The notes: generated from the letters alone by a model not told the origin. 64,000 nucleotides of DNA from an uncultured Acidobacteriota bacterium (GCA_963764715.1 CAVXTP010000022.1:128001-192000), one strand, 5' to 3'; numbered from the stretch's first letter, positions 18,498-34,068 are shown. A program made the numbers and translations.

Positions 18498-19658
18498 ATG
18501 CGCATCGACACGTTTCACATGGAGCGCACGCAGTCCCTCTACGAGAACGAGGTCCGCTGGAACCTCTCGGAGAGCGGCGTTTCACCGCTCCGGGTCGAGG
18601 AGCTTCTCGAGGGCGACGCCGGGCGCTCCGAGTTTCTCTCGACCGCGCTGAAGTACCCCGAGTCGAACGGGTCGCGCCTGCTCCGCGAGCGGATCGCGCG
18701 CTTCTATCCCGGAGCGGCCGCCGAGAACGTTCTCGTCACCACGGGCACTTCCGAAGCCAACTACACGGCGCTCTGGGGCCTTCTCGAGAAGGGCGACCGG
18801 GCCGCGGTCATGCTGCCCTCCTACCTGCAGGCGTGGGGCCTCGCCCGCGCCTACGCCGGCCGGGCCGACGCCTACCGCCTCGTCGAGAAGCGCCGGGGCC
18901 TCGCCAAGCGCTGGGTGCTCGACGTCGACGGGCTGCGGCGGGCCGTCACGAAGCGCACGAAGGTCATCATGGTGACCAACCCCAACAACCCCACCGGCGC
19001 CGTCCTGACCGAAGACGAGATGGACGAGATCGTCGCGGCCGCGCGAAGAGTCGGCGCCTGGATCGTGTCGGACGAGGTGTACCGCGGCGCCGAGGTCGAG
19101 GGGAACGTCCCCTCGCCGACCTTCTGGGGCCGGTACTCGAGGGTCGTCGTCACGGCGGGCCTGTCGAAGGCCTTCGGGCTGCCGGGGCTGAGGATCGGGT
19201 GGATCGTCGCGCCTCCCGCGCAGGCCGCACGGTTCTGGTCCTACCAGGACTACACGACGCTCACGCCGTCGATGCTGTCCGACCGTCTGGCCCGCGCGGC
19301 GATGGAGCCGGCGCGGCGCGACGCGATCCTGGCGCGCACGCGCGAGATCATCCGCCGGCAGCTTCCCGAGGTGGAAGCGTGGGTCCGGTCCCACGAGGGT
19401 CTCCTGGAGTCGATCCGGCCGGCGGCCGGGGCGATCTTCCTCGTGAAGTACCGCCTGCCGATCGGGTCGGTGGCCCTCTTCGAGCGGCTGCGGATCGAAA
19501 AATCGGTCCTGATCACGCCGGGCGCGCACTTCGGGGTCGGCAAGTACATCCGGGTCGGATACGGCTACGACCTCGGCAAGGTGAAGCAGGGACTGGCGAA
19601 GATCGACGATTTATTTTCGGAGCTTCGGGCCCCGTCCGCGCGACGCCGCGCATCCTGA
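18498..19658 (+). CDS. Class I/II PLP-dependent aminotransferase
   Basis: NPNNPTG, SDEVY, GLSKAFGLPGLRIGW. Confidence 0.9.
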   Translation: MRIDTFHMERTQSLYENEVRWNLSESGVSPLRVEELLEGDAGRSEFLSTALKYPESNGSRLLRERIARFYPGAAAENVLVTTGTSEANYTALWGLLEKGDRAAVMLPSYLQAWGLARAYAGRADAYRLVEKRRGLAKRWVLDVDGLRRAVTKRTKVIMVTNPNNPTGAVLTEDEMDEIVAAARRVGAWIVSDEVYRGAEVEGNVPSPTFWGRYSRVVVTAGLSKAFGLPGLRIGWIVAPPAQAARFWSYQDYTTLTPSMLSDRLARAAMEPARRDAILARTREIIRRQLPEVEAWVRSHEGLLESIRPAAGAIFLVKYRLPIGSVALFERLRIEKSVLITPGAHFGVGKYIRVGYGYDLGKVKQGLAKIDDLFSELRAPSARRRAS

Positions 19659-19733
19659 CGCGGGGGCCCGGGCGGGGATCGGATCGTCTTGCAACGGTTG
19701 GGGTTCCGCTCGACTGACCCCTTTTGAGAGCAG

Positions 19734-19749
19734 TGTGACGCGGCTCACA
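19734..19749. promoter_or_regulatory. CRP/FNR-family binding site
   Basis: TGTGA-CGCGGC-TCACA, a perfect TGTGA-N6-TCACA palindrome in the intergenic region. Confidence 0.65.
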
Positions 19750-19808
19750 AATCTTCGGTAAGTTGCTGCATCAGCATAAGTTCTGCGCCCCGGAATGGGC
19801 CTCCGGGT

Positions 19809-19837
19809 TTGAGTTTCAAGCTTCTTTTCCCTATAAT
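19809..19837 (+). promoter_or_regulatory. Sigma70-type promoter of carD
   Basis: TTGAGT-17 bp-TATAAT. Confidence 0.7.
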
Positions 19838-19886
19838 CCGCGGCTCCCGGATCAGGTCTTTTTTAACTTCTTTCGAGGAGGGGCGA

Positions 19887-20444
19887 GTGGGATTCAAGGT
19901 GGGAGAGAAGATCGTGTACCCCAACCATGGGGTATCGGTGGTCGAAAAGATCGGCGAGGGGTTCGCGACGGAGCCGGTTGCGCCGCGGAGCTTCTATCAT
20001 CTCCGTCTCCTGTCCAACAATTCCCGGGTGATGGTTCCCGTGGGCAACACGGGGCTCATCGGTCTGCGCCGGCTGACCCAGCGCAAGGACATCACGGGTC
20101 TGATGAAGACCCTGGGCGACGGCCGCTTCTCCGCGACGGGCGACTGGAAGGGCCGCTACAAGCAGAACCTCGACAAGATGAAGTCGGGGGAGCTCCACGC
20201 CATCGCCGATGTGCTCAAGACGCTCAATTACATCTCCTCGCGCAAGACGCTGTCGTTCCGCGAGAAGAAGATGTACGAGCGGGCCAAGTACCTCATCGTC
20301 TCCGAGATCGCCGTGATCAACAACCTGGACGAGAAGGAAGTCGAGCGCCAGGTCGACAAGGCGCTCGCGCGGTCGGCTTCGAGCCGCGCCGCTTCGGCGG
20401 CCAGCCGCCCGGTCCCGGTGGCGGCCCGCGCCGCGTCGCACTGA
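19887..20444 (+). CDS. carD: CarD/CdnL family transcriptional regulator
   Basis: FKVGEKIVYPNHGV, VMVPV..GLR, WKGRYK; GTG start after GAGGAGG. Confidence 0.9.
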   Translation: MGFKVGEKIVYPNHGVSVVEKIGEGFATEPVAPRSFYHLRLLSNNSRVMVPVGNTGLIGLRRLTQRKDITGLMKTLGDGRFSATGDWKGRYKQNLDKMKSGELHAIADVLKTLNYISSRKTLSFREKKMYERAKYLIVSEIAVINNLDEKEVERQVDKALARSASSRAASAASRPVPVAARAASH

Positions 20445-20466
20445 TCCGGCCCGGCCCATCGATCTG

Positions 20467-20497
20467 AGGGGGCGGCTTCAGCCGCCCCCTTTCGTTT
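20467..20497 (+). terminator. Intrinsic terminator after carD
   Basis: AGGGGGCGGC-TTCA-GCCGCCCCCT hairpin followed by TTCGTTT. Confidence 0.75.
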
Positions 20498-20513
20498 CTG
20501 AGAGAATGCGGCC

Positions 20514-21062
20514 ATGGAAGCCGCAACGCGATCCGCCGTTCCCCGCATCGTGGTCGCCCTGTTCGTGGGGGCCCTCGTCGGTTTTTCCGCCGGATACTTC
20601 GCCGGAGGGGGCGGGCGTCCGAAGGGCGCCTCGGCCTCCGGGGCCGCGGGCGGCCCGGCGGGCGAGCTCCGGCAGGCCATCGACCGCGACCCCGAGAACC
20701 CGGCGCTCTGGATCCAGCTCGGCAACTTCGAGTACGACCGGGAGGACTGGGACGCCGCCATCGCGGCCTACGAGAAGGCGCGGCGCAAGGCGCCGAAAAA
20801 CGCCAACCTGCTCTCGGACCTCGGCGCCGCGCACCGGAACGCCGGCGACTTCGATCTCGCCGTCGCGTTCTTCGGCAAGGCGCGGGAAGCCGATCCGAAC
20901 CAGTGGCAGTCGCTCCTGAACTGGGTGCTCGTCGAGGCCTTCGACCGCCGGAACGCGGTGGCGGCCCAGCGCCTCTTCGACGAGCTCAAGACGAAGTACC
21001 CGGAGATCCCCCAGCTCGACCGCATCCAGGCGCAGATCACGAGCCTTCGCACGGGGACGTAG
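20514..21062 (+). CDS. Membrane-anchored TPR protein
   Basis: N-terminal TM helix; TPR motifs (PENPALWIQLGN..AIAAYEKA..P). Confidence 0.85.
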   Translation: MEAATRSAVPRIVVALFVGALVGFSAGYFAGGGGRPKGASASGAAGGPAGELRQAIDRDPENPALWIQLGNFEYDREDWDAAIAAYEKARRKAPKNANLLSDLGAAHRNAGDFDLAVAFFGKAREADPNQWQSLLNWVLVEAFDRRNAVAAQRLFDELKTKYPEIPQLDRIQAQITSLRTGT

Positions 21063-21190
21063 TGTTGCGTCACCATAGTTTCGACAGCGACATTCGGCGT
21101 CGAGACGACCAACGTGGCCCTCGCTCCCGGGCCTTCCTGCATCTTTCGAGCGAAGAGATCGATACCGTGACTTCGGTGACAGGACACTAG
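21060..21190. mobile_element. Putative MITE / IS remnant (~130 bp) with imperfect TIRs and TA flanks
   Basis: Left TA|GTGTTGCGTCACCATAGTTTCG; right end reverse complement GTGTCCTGTCACCGAAGTCACG followed by TA (15/22 matches). Confidence 0.6.
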
Positions 21191-21193
21191 CCG

Positions 21194-21456
21194 GTGGCGA
21201 AGGTCGTCCTCCTCGTCTTCGCGCTCTTCATGCTCCTGACGGTTCTGCGAGGACTGCGGATCTTCTTTCGGGCGTTCCGCTCATCCGCCGGCGCCTTTCC
21301 CCGGCAGCGCCCCCCGGCGCCCCGCGAGGAAGTCATGGTCCGGGACCCCGTCTGCGGCACCTGGATCGACCGCAAGCTCGCCCTTCCGGCGCAGCGCGGC
21401 GGCGAGACCATCGCCGTCTGTTCGAGGGAATGCCAGCGGTCCCTCGAGGCGGCGCG

Positions 21457-21460
<4 letters not shown>
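21194..21460 (+). CDS. Small membrane protein with YHS/TRASH-like metal-binding domain
   Basis: TM helix; RDPVCGTWI...CSREC. Confidence 0.75.
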
Positions 21461-27188
<5,728 letters not shown>

Positions 27189-27284
27189 TTAACACCTGAA
27201 GGGCGGGAGTTTATTTCGGATTGGCGGGGGAGTCGAGGGGCGGCGGACCGGCCAGCCGCTCCGGGGAGGCGCGGGTTCGGGCGG

Positions 27285-28121
27285 TCAGCGCGATTCCAGG
27301 ATGTACTCGAGCGGGTTGACGGGCCGTCCGTCGACGTGCACCTCGTAGTGCAGGTGAGGCGCGGTCGACCGTCCGGTCGAGCCGACGAGGCCCACGCGAT
27401 CGCCCCGGTGGATCGTCTGGCCCTCGGAAACGAGCGTCTGGTCGAGGTGGCCGTAGAGCGTGACGTAACGGTCGTTGTGGACGATCTCGATCGCCCGACC
27501 GTACTCGCCCGCCCAGCCCGACAGGAGGACCGTGCCGTCGGCGGTCGCCAGCACCGGCTCGCCCCGCGACGTGGAGATGTCGATGCCTTCATGCGTGGCG
27601 GCGCCGCCGGCGAACGGGTCGGTCCGCAGTCCGAAGGCCGAGGTCACGACGCCGTGCACCGGCCAGACGGTGGGAGTCGACGCGATCAGGGCCGAGCGCC
27701 GCGAGAACTGCTTCTCGAGCAGGGCGAGCCTCGAGTCGAGCAGGGCGCTCTGGTCGCTCCACGCCGTGGACCCGGGCGCCACGGCCGGGCCGCCGACGCC
27801 GCCCGCGACCGAGTCGGAGAGGCCGGCGACGATCGCGAGCCGACGGGTGCGCGCCTCGAACTCGGAGAGCCTTCGCGTGATGCCGTCGAGACGCTGGTGG
27901 AGGACCGCGGCGCTCGAGCGCAGGCGCGCGTTCTCGGCGACCGCGAAACGGTACTGGCGGTCGCGGCGGGCCGACGCGAAATAGGCCCAGCCGAAGACGA
28001 CCGAGGCGAGGAGGAGAGCGGCGGCGGCCGCCGCCGAGAGGCCGAGGAACCGCGAAGAAATGGTCAACTTGCGAAACCGCGCCCGCGCATGCGGCACGAA
28101 AATGATCGTGTTGTACTTCAA
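27285..28121 (-). CDS. M23 family metallopeptidase with TM and coiled-coil segments
   Basis: [25 protein letters not shown]. Confidence 0.9.
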   Translation of the reverse strand: MKYNTIIFVPHARARFRKLTISSRFLGLSAAAAAALLLASVVFGWAYFASARRDRQYRFAVAENARLRSSAAVLHQRLDGITRRLSEFEARTRRLAIVAGLSDSVAGGVGGPAVAPGSTAWSDQSALLDSRLALLEKQFSRRSALIASTPTVWPVHGVVTSAFGLRTDPFAGGAATHEGIDISTSRGEPVLATADGTVLLSGWAGEYGRAIEIVHNDRYVTLYGHLDQTLVSEGQTIHRGDRVGLVGSTGRSTAPHLHYEVHVDGRPVNPLEYILESR

Positions 28122-28220
28122 CGCTTCCTCCTTCCTCGGCCCGCGCGAGAGTTTCCCGTGTACGCCCGCCGAACCGGTTCGAGAGTTGAGCCCGGAGCCG
28201 ACGCTCCGGATGATGCGTCG

Positions 28221-28249
28221 ATCCTATGGGCGCATCCCCCCACTGTCAA
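28221..28249 (-). promoter_or_regulatory. Sigma70-type promoter upstream of the M23-secA-guaB run
   Basis: Minus strand TTGACA-17 bp-TAGGAT. Confidence 0.55.
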
Positions 28250-29783
28250 CCTGCTCGTCCGGGCAGGAAAGGGGCGGCGCGAGGGCCGGGGGACGAAAAG
28301 CCAGCGCTTCGGACAGGTGCGGCGCGGTGACCCGTTCGTTCTCTTCGAGGTCGGCGATCGTGCGCGCCACGCGCAGGGCCCGATGGATCGCGCGCGCCGA
28401 GAGCTGCAGGCGCAGGACCCCGGACTCGAGGACACGCCGGCCGGCGGCGTCGAGCGCCGCGTGCTGCACAAGCTCGTGTGCACTCAGATCCGCATTGCGC
28501 GACCCTGGCCGTCCGGCGCGGCGGGCCGCCCGCTCGCGCGCCTGCTCGACGCGGGCTCGGATCCGCTCCGACGCCTCCGCCGGACGCGACGTCTGGAGAT
28601 CGGCCCACGCCAGGGCGCGCATGGCGACGTGCAGATCGATCCGATCGAGCAGGGGGCCCGAGACCTTGCGGGCGTAACGCGCCTTTTCGCGCGGGTCGCA
28701 GGCGCAGGCCCGCCGCGGGTCGCCCGCGAATCCGCAGGGGCAGGGGTTGCGCGCCGCGACGAGCAGCACGTCGCAGGGAAAGACGCAGGCGCCTCCGACG
28801 CGAACCACGGTGATCGATCGCTCCTCGAGCGGCTGGCGGATCGCCTCGAGGGCGTCGCGCCGGAATTCGGGGAGCTCGTCGAGAAAGAGGACGCCGCGAT
28901 GCGCGAGCGAGATCTCGCCGGGCACCGGCCGCGCGCCTCCGCCGACGAGCCCGGCCGTCGAAATGCCGTGATGCGGGGATCGGAAGGGCGGCGCCCCGAG
29001 CAGACCCGCGCCGGCCGGAATCGCCCCGGCGACCGAATGAATCCGGGTGACCTCGATCGCCTCGGTCCGCGAGAGCGGCGCGAGGATCCCGGGCAGGCGC
29101 CGGGCGAGCATCGTCTTGCCGGCCCCGGGCGGCCCCGTCAGCAGAAGATGATGGCCGCCGGCGGCCGCGATCTCGGCGGCCCGCCGGGCGACGAGCTGTC
29201 CCCGGACGTCGCCGAAGTCGGGGCCGGGAGCCTCGCGGCCCGTCGCCTCGCCGTGGGCGAACGGCGCGATCGGCCGCGTGCCGAGGACGTGCTCGACGGC
29301 GGCCGTCAGGTGGGCGACCGGGATGACGTCGATGCCGTCGATGGCCGCGGCCTCGCGCGCGCTCGCGGCGGGAAGAACGATCTGGTGGAATCCGGCGTCG
29401 CGGGCCGCCAGCGCCAGGCAGAGCGCCCCCCGGACCGCCCGGACCTGCCCGCCGAGGCCGAGCTCCCCGACGAAGACCCGGCGGGTCGGCCCCGCCGGCC
29501 GCGTTCCGCCGAGCCAGAGCAGGCCGAGGGCCACCGGTAAGTCGAGCGCCGCGCCGCACTTCCGGAAATCGGCCGGCGCGAGATTGACGGTGACGGCTCC
29601 CGACGGGACCGCGAAGCCCGCGTTGCGCAGGGCCGACCGGACACGATCGCGCGCCTCGCGCACGCCGGCGTCGGGAAGGCCCACGATCGTGAAGCGAGGC
29701 AGGCCGTCAGACGCGTCGACCTCGATGTCGAGCACGCGTGCCTCGAGCCCGAGCGTGGCGGCGGAATGAACCCGGACGAGCAT
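28224..29783 (-). CDS. comM: YifB/ComM Mg-chelatase-like AAA+ ATPase
   Basis: VGLPD..VRE, GPPGAGKTMLA, PGEISLAHRGVLFLDELPEF, NPCPCG. Confidence 0.93.
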   Translation of the reverse strand: MLVRVHSAATLGLEARVLDIEVDASDGLPRFTIVGLPDAGVREARDRVRSALRNAGFAVPSGAVTVNLAPADFRKCGAALDLPVALGLLWLGGTRPAGPTRRVFVGELGLGGQVRAVRGALCLALAARDAGFHQIVLPAASAREAAAIDGIDVIPVAHLTAAVEHVLGTRPIAPFAHGEATGREAPGPDFGDVRGQLVARRAAEIAAAGGHHLLLTGPPGAGKTMLARRLPGILAPLSRTEAIEVTRIHSVAGAIPAGAGLLGAPPFRSPHHGISTAGLVGGGARPVPGEISLAHRGVLFLDELPEFRRDALEAIRQPLEERSITVVRVGGACVFPCDVLLVAARNPCPCGFAGDPRRACACDPREKARYARKVSGPLLDRIDLHVAMRALAWADLQTSRPAEASERIRARVEQARERAARRAGRPGSRNADLSAHELVQHAALDAAGRRVLESGVLRLQLSARAIHRALRVARTIADLEENERVTAPHLSEALAFRPPALAPPLSCPDEQVDSGGMRP

Positions 29784-29837
29784 GAAACCTCCTCGGGGCC
29801 GAGGAGGCCTGATCGGAGATGAGGACGCGGAGATGGT

Positions 29838-29891
29838 AGCAGACGGCAGGAGGCAGGAGTAGCCTGCTTACTGCTTACTGCTTACTGCTTA
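29838..29891. repeat. Heptamer tandem/inverted repeat tract beginning at the mltD stop codon
   Basis: Minus strand (TAAGCAG)x4, GCTAC, then TCCTGCC TCCTGCC GTCTGCT. Confidence 0.8.
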
Positions 29892-31541
29892 CTTCCCCGT
29901 ACTGGGGATCTTCAGCTTGTCCCCGGGCTTGATCGGCCCGGAGCCCCCGAGGCCGTTGACCGCGAGGATTTCGGCCACCGTCGTCCCGTGCCGCAGGGCG
30001 ATCTGGTAGAGCGTGTCGCCGTCGCGGACCTTGTAGCTCTTCGGCGGAGCCGGTTTGGCCGGGGCGTCCGCCTTCCGGGCCACGCGGACCGCGCCGCTCT
30101 TCGACGACTTCTTCGCCGGGGCGCTCGCGGTCTTCACCGGGACCATGATTTCCTGGCCGCGGGCGACCTTCGACCGGGTCGTCATCGAGTTGGCGGAGGC
30201 GAGCGTGCTGACGGGGACGCCGTAGCGGCGCGCGATCTTCGGAAGCGTGTCGCCCTTCTTCGCGACGTGCGTCTTGAAGGAGGGCGGGCGGGCGGTCGGA
30301 ACGGCGGCGAGCGCGACGAGCAGCGTCTCGCGGCTTCCGCCCGGCACCTTGAGCTCGTAGCCTTCGGGCTGCTGGGGAGTGATGGGCGACCGTAGCTCCG
30401 GGTTGAGGCCCTGTAGGTCCTCGACCGGGATCTTCGTCGCACGCGCGACGTCCTCGAGGCTGACCGGCCGGTCGAGGCGCACGGTCTCGAACTCCAGGGC
30501 CGGCTCGAGCACGACCTCGAACCCGTAGTGGCCGGGGTTCTTGGAGATCAGGACCGCCGCCAGGAATGCGGGGACGTAGTTCTGGGTCTGCTTGCGGATC
30601 GCGCTCGTGCGGGCGAGTCCCCAGAAGTCGCGGGCGCCCGTGCGGTCCATCGCCCGCAGGATCTTGCCCTCGCCCGCGTTGTAGGCGGCCATCGCGAGGT
30701 ACCAGTCGTCGAAGATCTCGTGAAGGTAGGCGAGGTATTTCGCCGCTGCACGGGTCGCCTTTTCCGGGTCGCTCCGCTCGTCGACGATGCCGTTCGACTT
30801 CAGGCCGTACTGCCGGCCCGTCCGGGGCATGAACTGCCAGATGCCGTGGGCCGACTTGGGGGACCGGGCGTGGGGCAGAAACGAGGACTCGATGAACGCG
30901 ATCATCGCGAGGTCCTGCGGGAGCCCCTCCTCGGCGAAGACCTGGTGGATCATCGGCAGGTACCGTCCCGACCGCGAAAGCCCGGCCGCGATCTTGTCGT
31001 GCAGGGCGTCGCTCTGGAAGGCGGCGATGACGCGCAGGACGGCGTCGTTGACGACGATCGGCACGTCCGGCCGGACCGCGGGAAGGTCCGACGCCACGGC
31101 CTGCCGCGCCTCGGCGATCGCCTCGGGGCTCGCGTCCGGCGACTCGATGTCGGCGGCGAGCTCCGGCGTCACCTCTCCGTGCGAGGTGCCGGCTTCCTCG
31201 GTGGCGCCGGCGAGGGCCTCGTAGCGCTGGATGCCCTCATAGAGCTCGTAGGAGAAGGACTGCATCTGCGCCGACGGGGCCGGCCCGGTCGGCGGGCGCA
31301 GGGTGGTGATCGCGCGTCCGAACTGGTAGCGGGCGCACTCGAAATCGCCGGCGAGGGCGGCGTCGCGTCCGAGCTGGAACTGCTCGGTGGCGGCCGCCAT
31401 GGCCTGCTCCTCGGCGCTCGGAGGCTTCGGCGCCGCTCCGCTCGCTCCGGCCGACGAGCGCGGTGTGCTCGCGCAACCCGCCGCGACACACGCGGCGAAG
31501 ACGGCAAAGCCATGCCGCGCGACCTTCAGGCGGGTCCGCAT
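29889..31541 (-). CDS. mltD: Membrane-bound lytic murein transglycosylase D-like lipoprotein (SLT + LysM)
   Basis: Lipobox VAAGC; IESSF..A.S..A.GIWQF; AAYNAGE; LysM repeats. Confidence 0.9.
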   Translation of the reverse strand: MRTRLKVARHGFAVFAACVAAGCASTPRSSAGASGAAPKPPSAEEQAMAAATEQFQLGRDAALAGDFECARYQFGRAITTLRPPTGPAPSAQMQSFSYELYEGIQRYEALAGATEEAGTSHGEVTPELAADIESPDASPEAIAEARQAVASDLPAVRPDVPIVVNDAVLRVIAAFQSDALHDKIAAGLSRSGRYLPMIHQVFAEEGLPQDLAMIAFIESSFLPHARSPKSAHGIWQFMPRTGRQYGLKSNGIVDERSDPEKATRAAAKYLAYLHEIFDDWYLAMAAYNAGEGKILRAMDRTGARDFWGLARTSAIRKQTQNYVPAFLAAVLISKNPGHYGFEVVLEPALEFETVRLDRPVSLEDVARATKIPVEDLQGLNPELRSPITPQQPEGYELKVPGGSRETLLVALAAVPTARPPSFKTHVAKKGDTLPKIARRYGVPVSTLASANSMTTRSKVARGQEIMVPVKTASAPAKKSSKSGAVRVARKADAPAKPAPPKSYKVRDGDTLYQIALRHGTTVAEILAVNGLGGSGPIKPGDKLKIPSTGK

Positions 31542-31701
31542 GCAAAAAGGTTAAACCCCGTTCTCGGAGGAATGCAAAGTCTTTTCCGTACAGTGTCTCG
31601 CGGGGAGGACAGTTTCGGGGGCTCGGTCCGCCCGGGGAAGCATCGGAGCCTTCGGGACTTCGGCCCTCGGGATGACTTCGCCCGCGCTCACGCGCGCGAA
31701 A

Positions 31702-33069
31702 TCACTTTCCCAGGATGTGGAACTTGAGCGAGAGCAGCAGCCGCTCGATGTCGCTTCGCGACTGGAGCTCGATCGAGAACGACTGGGCGTTGCCGAGCTC
31801 CTTGCCCTGCTTGTCCTCGAACCGGAGCCCGACGGTGACCTGGTGCCCCTGCGAAAGCTGCCGGCGCGGGACCTGGATCTCGAAGACCTTGCTGACTTCC
31901 TTGCGATGGTTGAGGCTCGACGCGAGCAGGTCGTCGACCGAGATTCCCGTCGCGGGCCGGCGGGGTTTTTCTTTCTCGCCCTCCTGCGGCCCGGAGGTCG
32001 ACGTCTTCCGGAGGCGTTCGAGCTCCGCGAGGATGTCGATGTTCGAACGAACCTTGACGTGCCGGACTTCTTCGACGATCGCCTTTTCCGGCTCGGGCTG
32101 CGGGGCCTCGGCGAACGTCACCTCGGCGATCTCTCCGTCTGCCGGGGCGGCCGTGGAATCCGGCCCGGCGGCCGCCGCCGCCGGGGCCTCCGGCAACGGT
32201 GCGTCGAGGGAGTCGAGGGCCTGTTCGAACTCCTGGACCGTCTCGACGTCGGTGGCGTCGAAGGCCCCCGGGGGCTGATTGAGCTCGTACGCCTTCCCGA
32301 CCACGGGCGGGGCCTCGGAGAAGGTTCCAGGCTCGACGTCGAGCGCTTCCTGCACGTCCTCCGCCGGCGGGGGAGGCGGCGTCGGGGCCGGCGCGGGCCG
32401 GGGCGCGGCGGGCGGTTCCACGACCGCCGGCTTCGGAGGGGGCGCGGCGGCCTTCGCGGCCGGGGCCTTCTCCTCGCCGAGCATCCGCTTCTTGAGCGAC
32501 CGGAGCGTCAGTCGCGAGATCGCCTTGAGCGTCTCGAAGACGCCCTGGCCGAGGACCGCGCAGGCCTCGTAACTCTCGAAGAGCTGCTCGGGATTGAGAC
32601 TCGCTTCGAGCTCCTCGAGCGAAAGGATGTTGGCGAGGTCGCGTTTGTTGTACTGCAGCACGAGCGGGATCTCGTCGAGCTTGACGCCGATCTCGGCGAG
32701 GTTCGTCTTGAGGTTCGCGAGCGACTCGACGTTGGCTTCCTTCATCGCGCGCTGCGAGTCGGCCACGAACACGATCCCGTCGACGCCCTTCAGGACGAGC
32801 TTCCGGGTGGTGTTGTAGAAGACCTGGCCGGGGACCGTGTAGAGCTGGACCCGCGTCTTGAACCCGCCGATGACCCCGACGTCGAGCGGCAGCAGGTCGA
32901 AGAACAGGGTGCGGTCGGTCTCCGTCTCGAGCGAGACCATCTCGCCCCGGGAGCCCGGCGCCGTGCGGCCGTAGATGTGGTGCAGGTTGGTGGTCTTGCC
33001 GCACAGACCGGGGCCGTAGTAGACGACCTTGGCCGCCATCTGCATCGTGGCGTAATTGAAGAAAACCAT
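31702..33069 (-). CDS. MglA/SofG-like small GTPase with long C-terminal extension
   Basis: KVVYYGPGLCGKTTN, RTLFFD, YTVPGQ, NKRD; then a Pro/Ala/Glu linker and C-terminal domain. Confidence 0.88.
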   Translation of the reverse strand: MVFFNYATMQMAAKVVYYGPGLCGKTTNLHHIYGRTAPGSRGEMVSLETETDRTLFFDLLPLDVGVIGGFKTRVQLYTVPGQVFYNTTRKLVLKGVDGIVFVADSQRAMKEANVESLANLKTNLAEIGVKLDEIPLVLQYNKRDLANILSLEELEASLNPEQLFESYEACAVLGQGVFETLKAISRLTLRSLKKRMLGEEKAPAAKAAAPPPKPAVVEPPAAPRPAPAPTPPPPPAEDVQEALDVEPGTFSEAPPVVGKAYELNQPPGAFDATDVETVQEFEQALDSLDAPLPEAPAAAAAGPDSTAAPADGEIAEVTFAEAPQPEPEKAIVEEVRHVKVRSNIDILAELERLRKTSTSGPQEGEKEKPRRPATGISVDDLLASSLNHRKEVSKVFEIQVPRRQLSQGHQVTVGLRFEDKQGKELGNAQSFSIELQSRSDIERLLLSLKFHILGK

Positions 33070-33171
33070 GCCTCTTGGGCCCGAGCGCGCGGCGCCTCCG
33101 GCGGCTCGCGGGCTGCGGACTGCAGGAAATTGTAACACCCTGAGAGGGTTACGGGCACCCCGCTTGAGCGG

Positions 33172-34029
33172 CTAGCGTCGCTCGACGGCGTCGAGGATCC
33201 GTCGGATCTCCGCTTCCTTTCCGCGGCCCGCCGTGCGCTCGAGGATCTCGTGAGCGAGCGTGCGATAGAGCACAAGAGCGTCCGGTCGGCCGCCGAGCGC
33301 CTCGGCGTGCGCCGTCACCGTTCCGACGTCGCGCCGCGCCACGGCCCCGGTGAAGGCTTCCTCGAACGTCCGCCGGCCGACGGCGTCCACGGCGCGGACC
33401 GCGAGTGCGGACAGCGCTTCCCGCGCGACGTCTTCGGGAATGCCCGCGTCGACCCATCCGCGCACCGCGACCGCGAGGACCGCGGCCGCCCCGCCGGCGG
33501 CGAGCGACGCCGAGGCGTGGTACAGCGGTTTGGCGCCGGGAGCGATCGAGTGCGGCCTCGCCCCGACGGCTTTTGCGATCCGGGCTCCCATCGCGGCGCC
33601 GGCCGCATCTCCCTCGATCGCGACGAAGGCGCCTCGCCAGTCCTCGCCGGGAGCGCCCGTGAACGGGCGCACGGGATGCACCGACGCCACGGCGGCGCCT
33701 CGCTCGGCGAACGGTTGGAGGACGTCGCTCGAGAGCGCGCCGGAGAGGTGAATCGCGCAGCCGCAGGCGAGCCGGGGCGCGAGCTCGGCCGCGATCCGCG
33801 CGATCGCGTCGTCGGGCACGGCCAGGACGAGCACGTCGCAGGACGGTCCGGGGGATTCGGACGACGCGCGGGGAGTTCCTTCGAGGTCCGGCGGGAGGGC
33901 CTTCGCCGCGTCGCGCACGATGATGCGGGCGATGGATCCGCCGGCGGCCCTCCAGGATCGGGCGAAGGCGGCGCCCGCCCGGCCTGCTCCGGCGAGCACC
34001 ACGGACCGGGAGAGGACGTCGGCCGGCAT
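33172..34029 (-). CDS. Rossmann-like + DUF2520 domain protein
   Basis: GAGRAG, LAVPDDAI, HLSGA, SVHP, KPLYHA. Confidence 0.85.
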   Translation of the reverse strand: MPADVLSRSVVLAGAGRAGAAFARSWRAAGGSIARIIVRDAAKALPPDLEGTPRASSESPGPSCDVLVLAVPDDAIARIAAELAPRLACGCAIHLSGALSSDVLQPFAERGAAVASVHPVRPFTGAPGEDWRGAFVAIEGDAAGAAMGARIAKAVGARPHSIAPGAKPLYHASASLAAGGAAAVLAVAVRGWVDAGIPEDVAREALSALAVRAVDAVGRRTFEEAFTGAVARRDVGTVTAHAEALGGRPDALVLYRTLAHEILERTAGRGKEAEIRRILDAVERR

Positions 34030-34068
34030 CGGGCGAGTCTAAGCCGGGTCGTTCACGGTCTGGTATCA

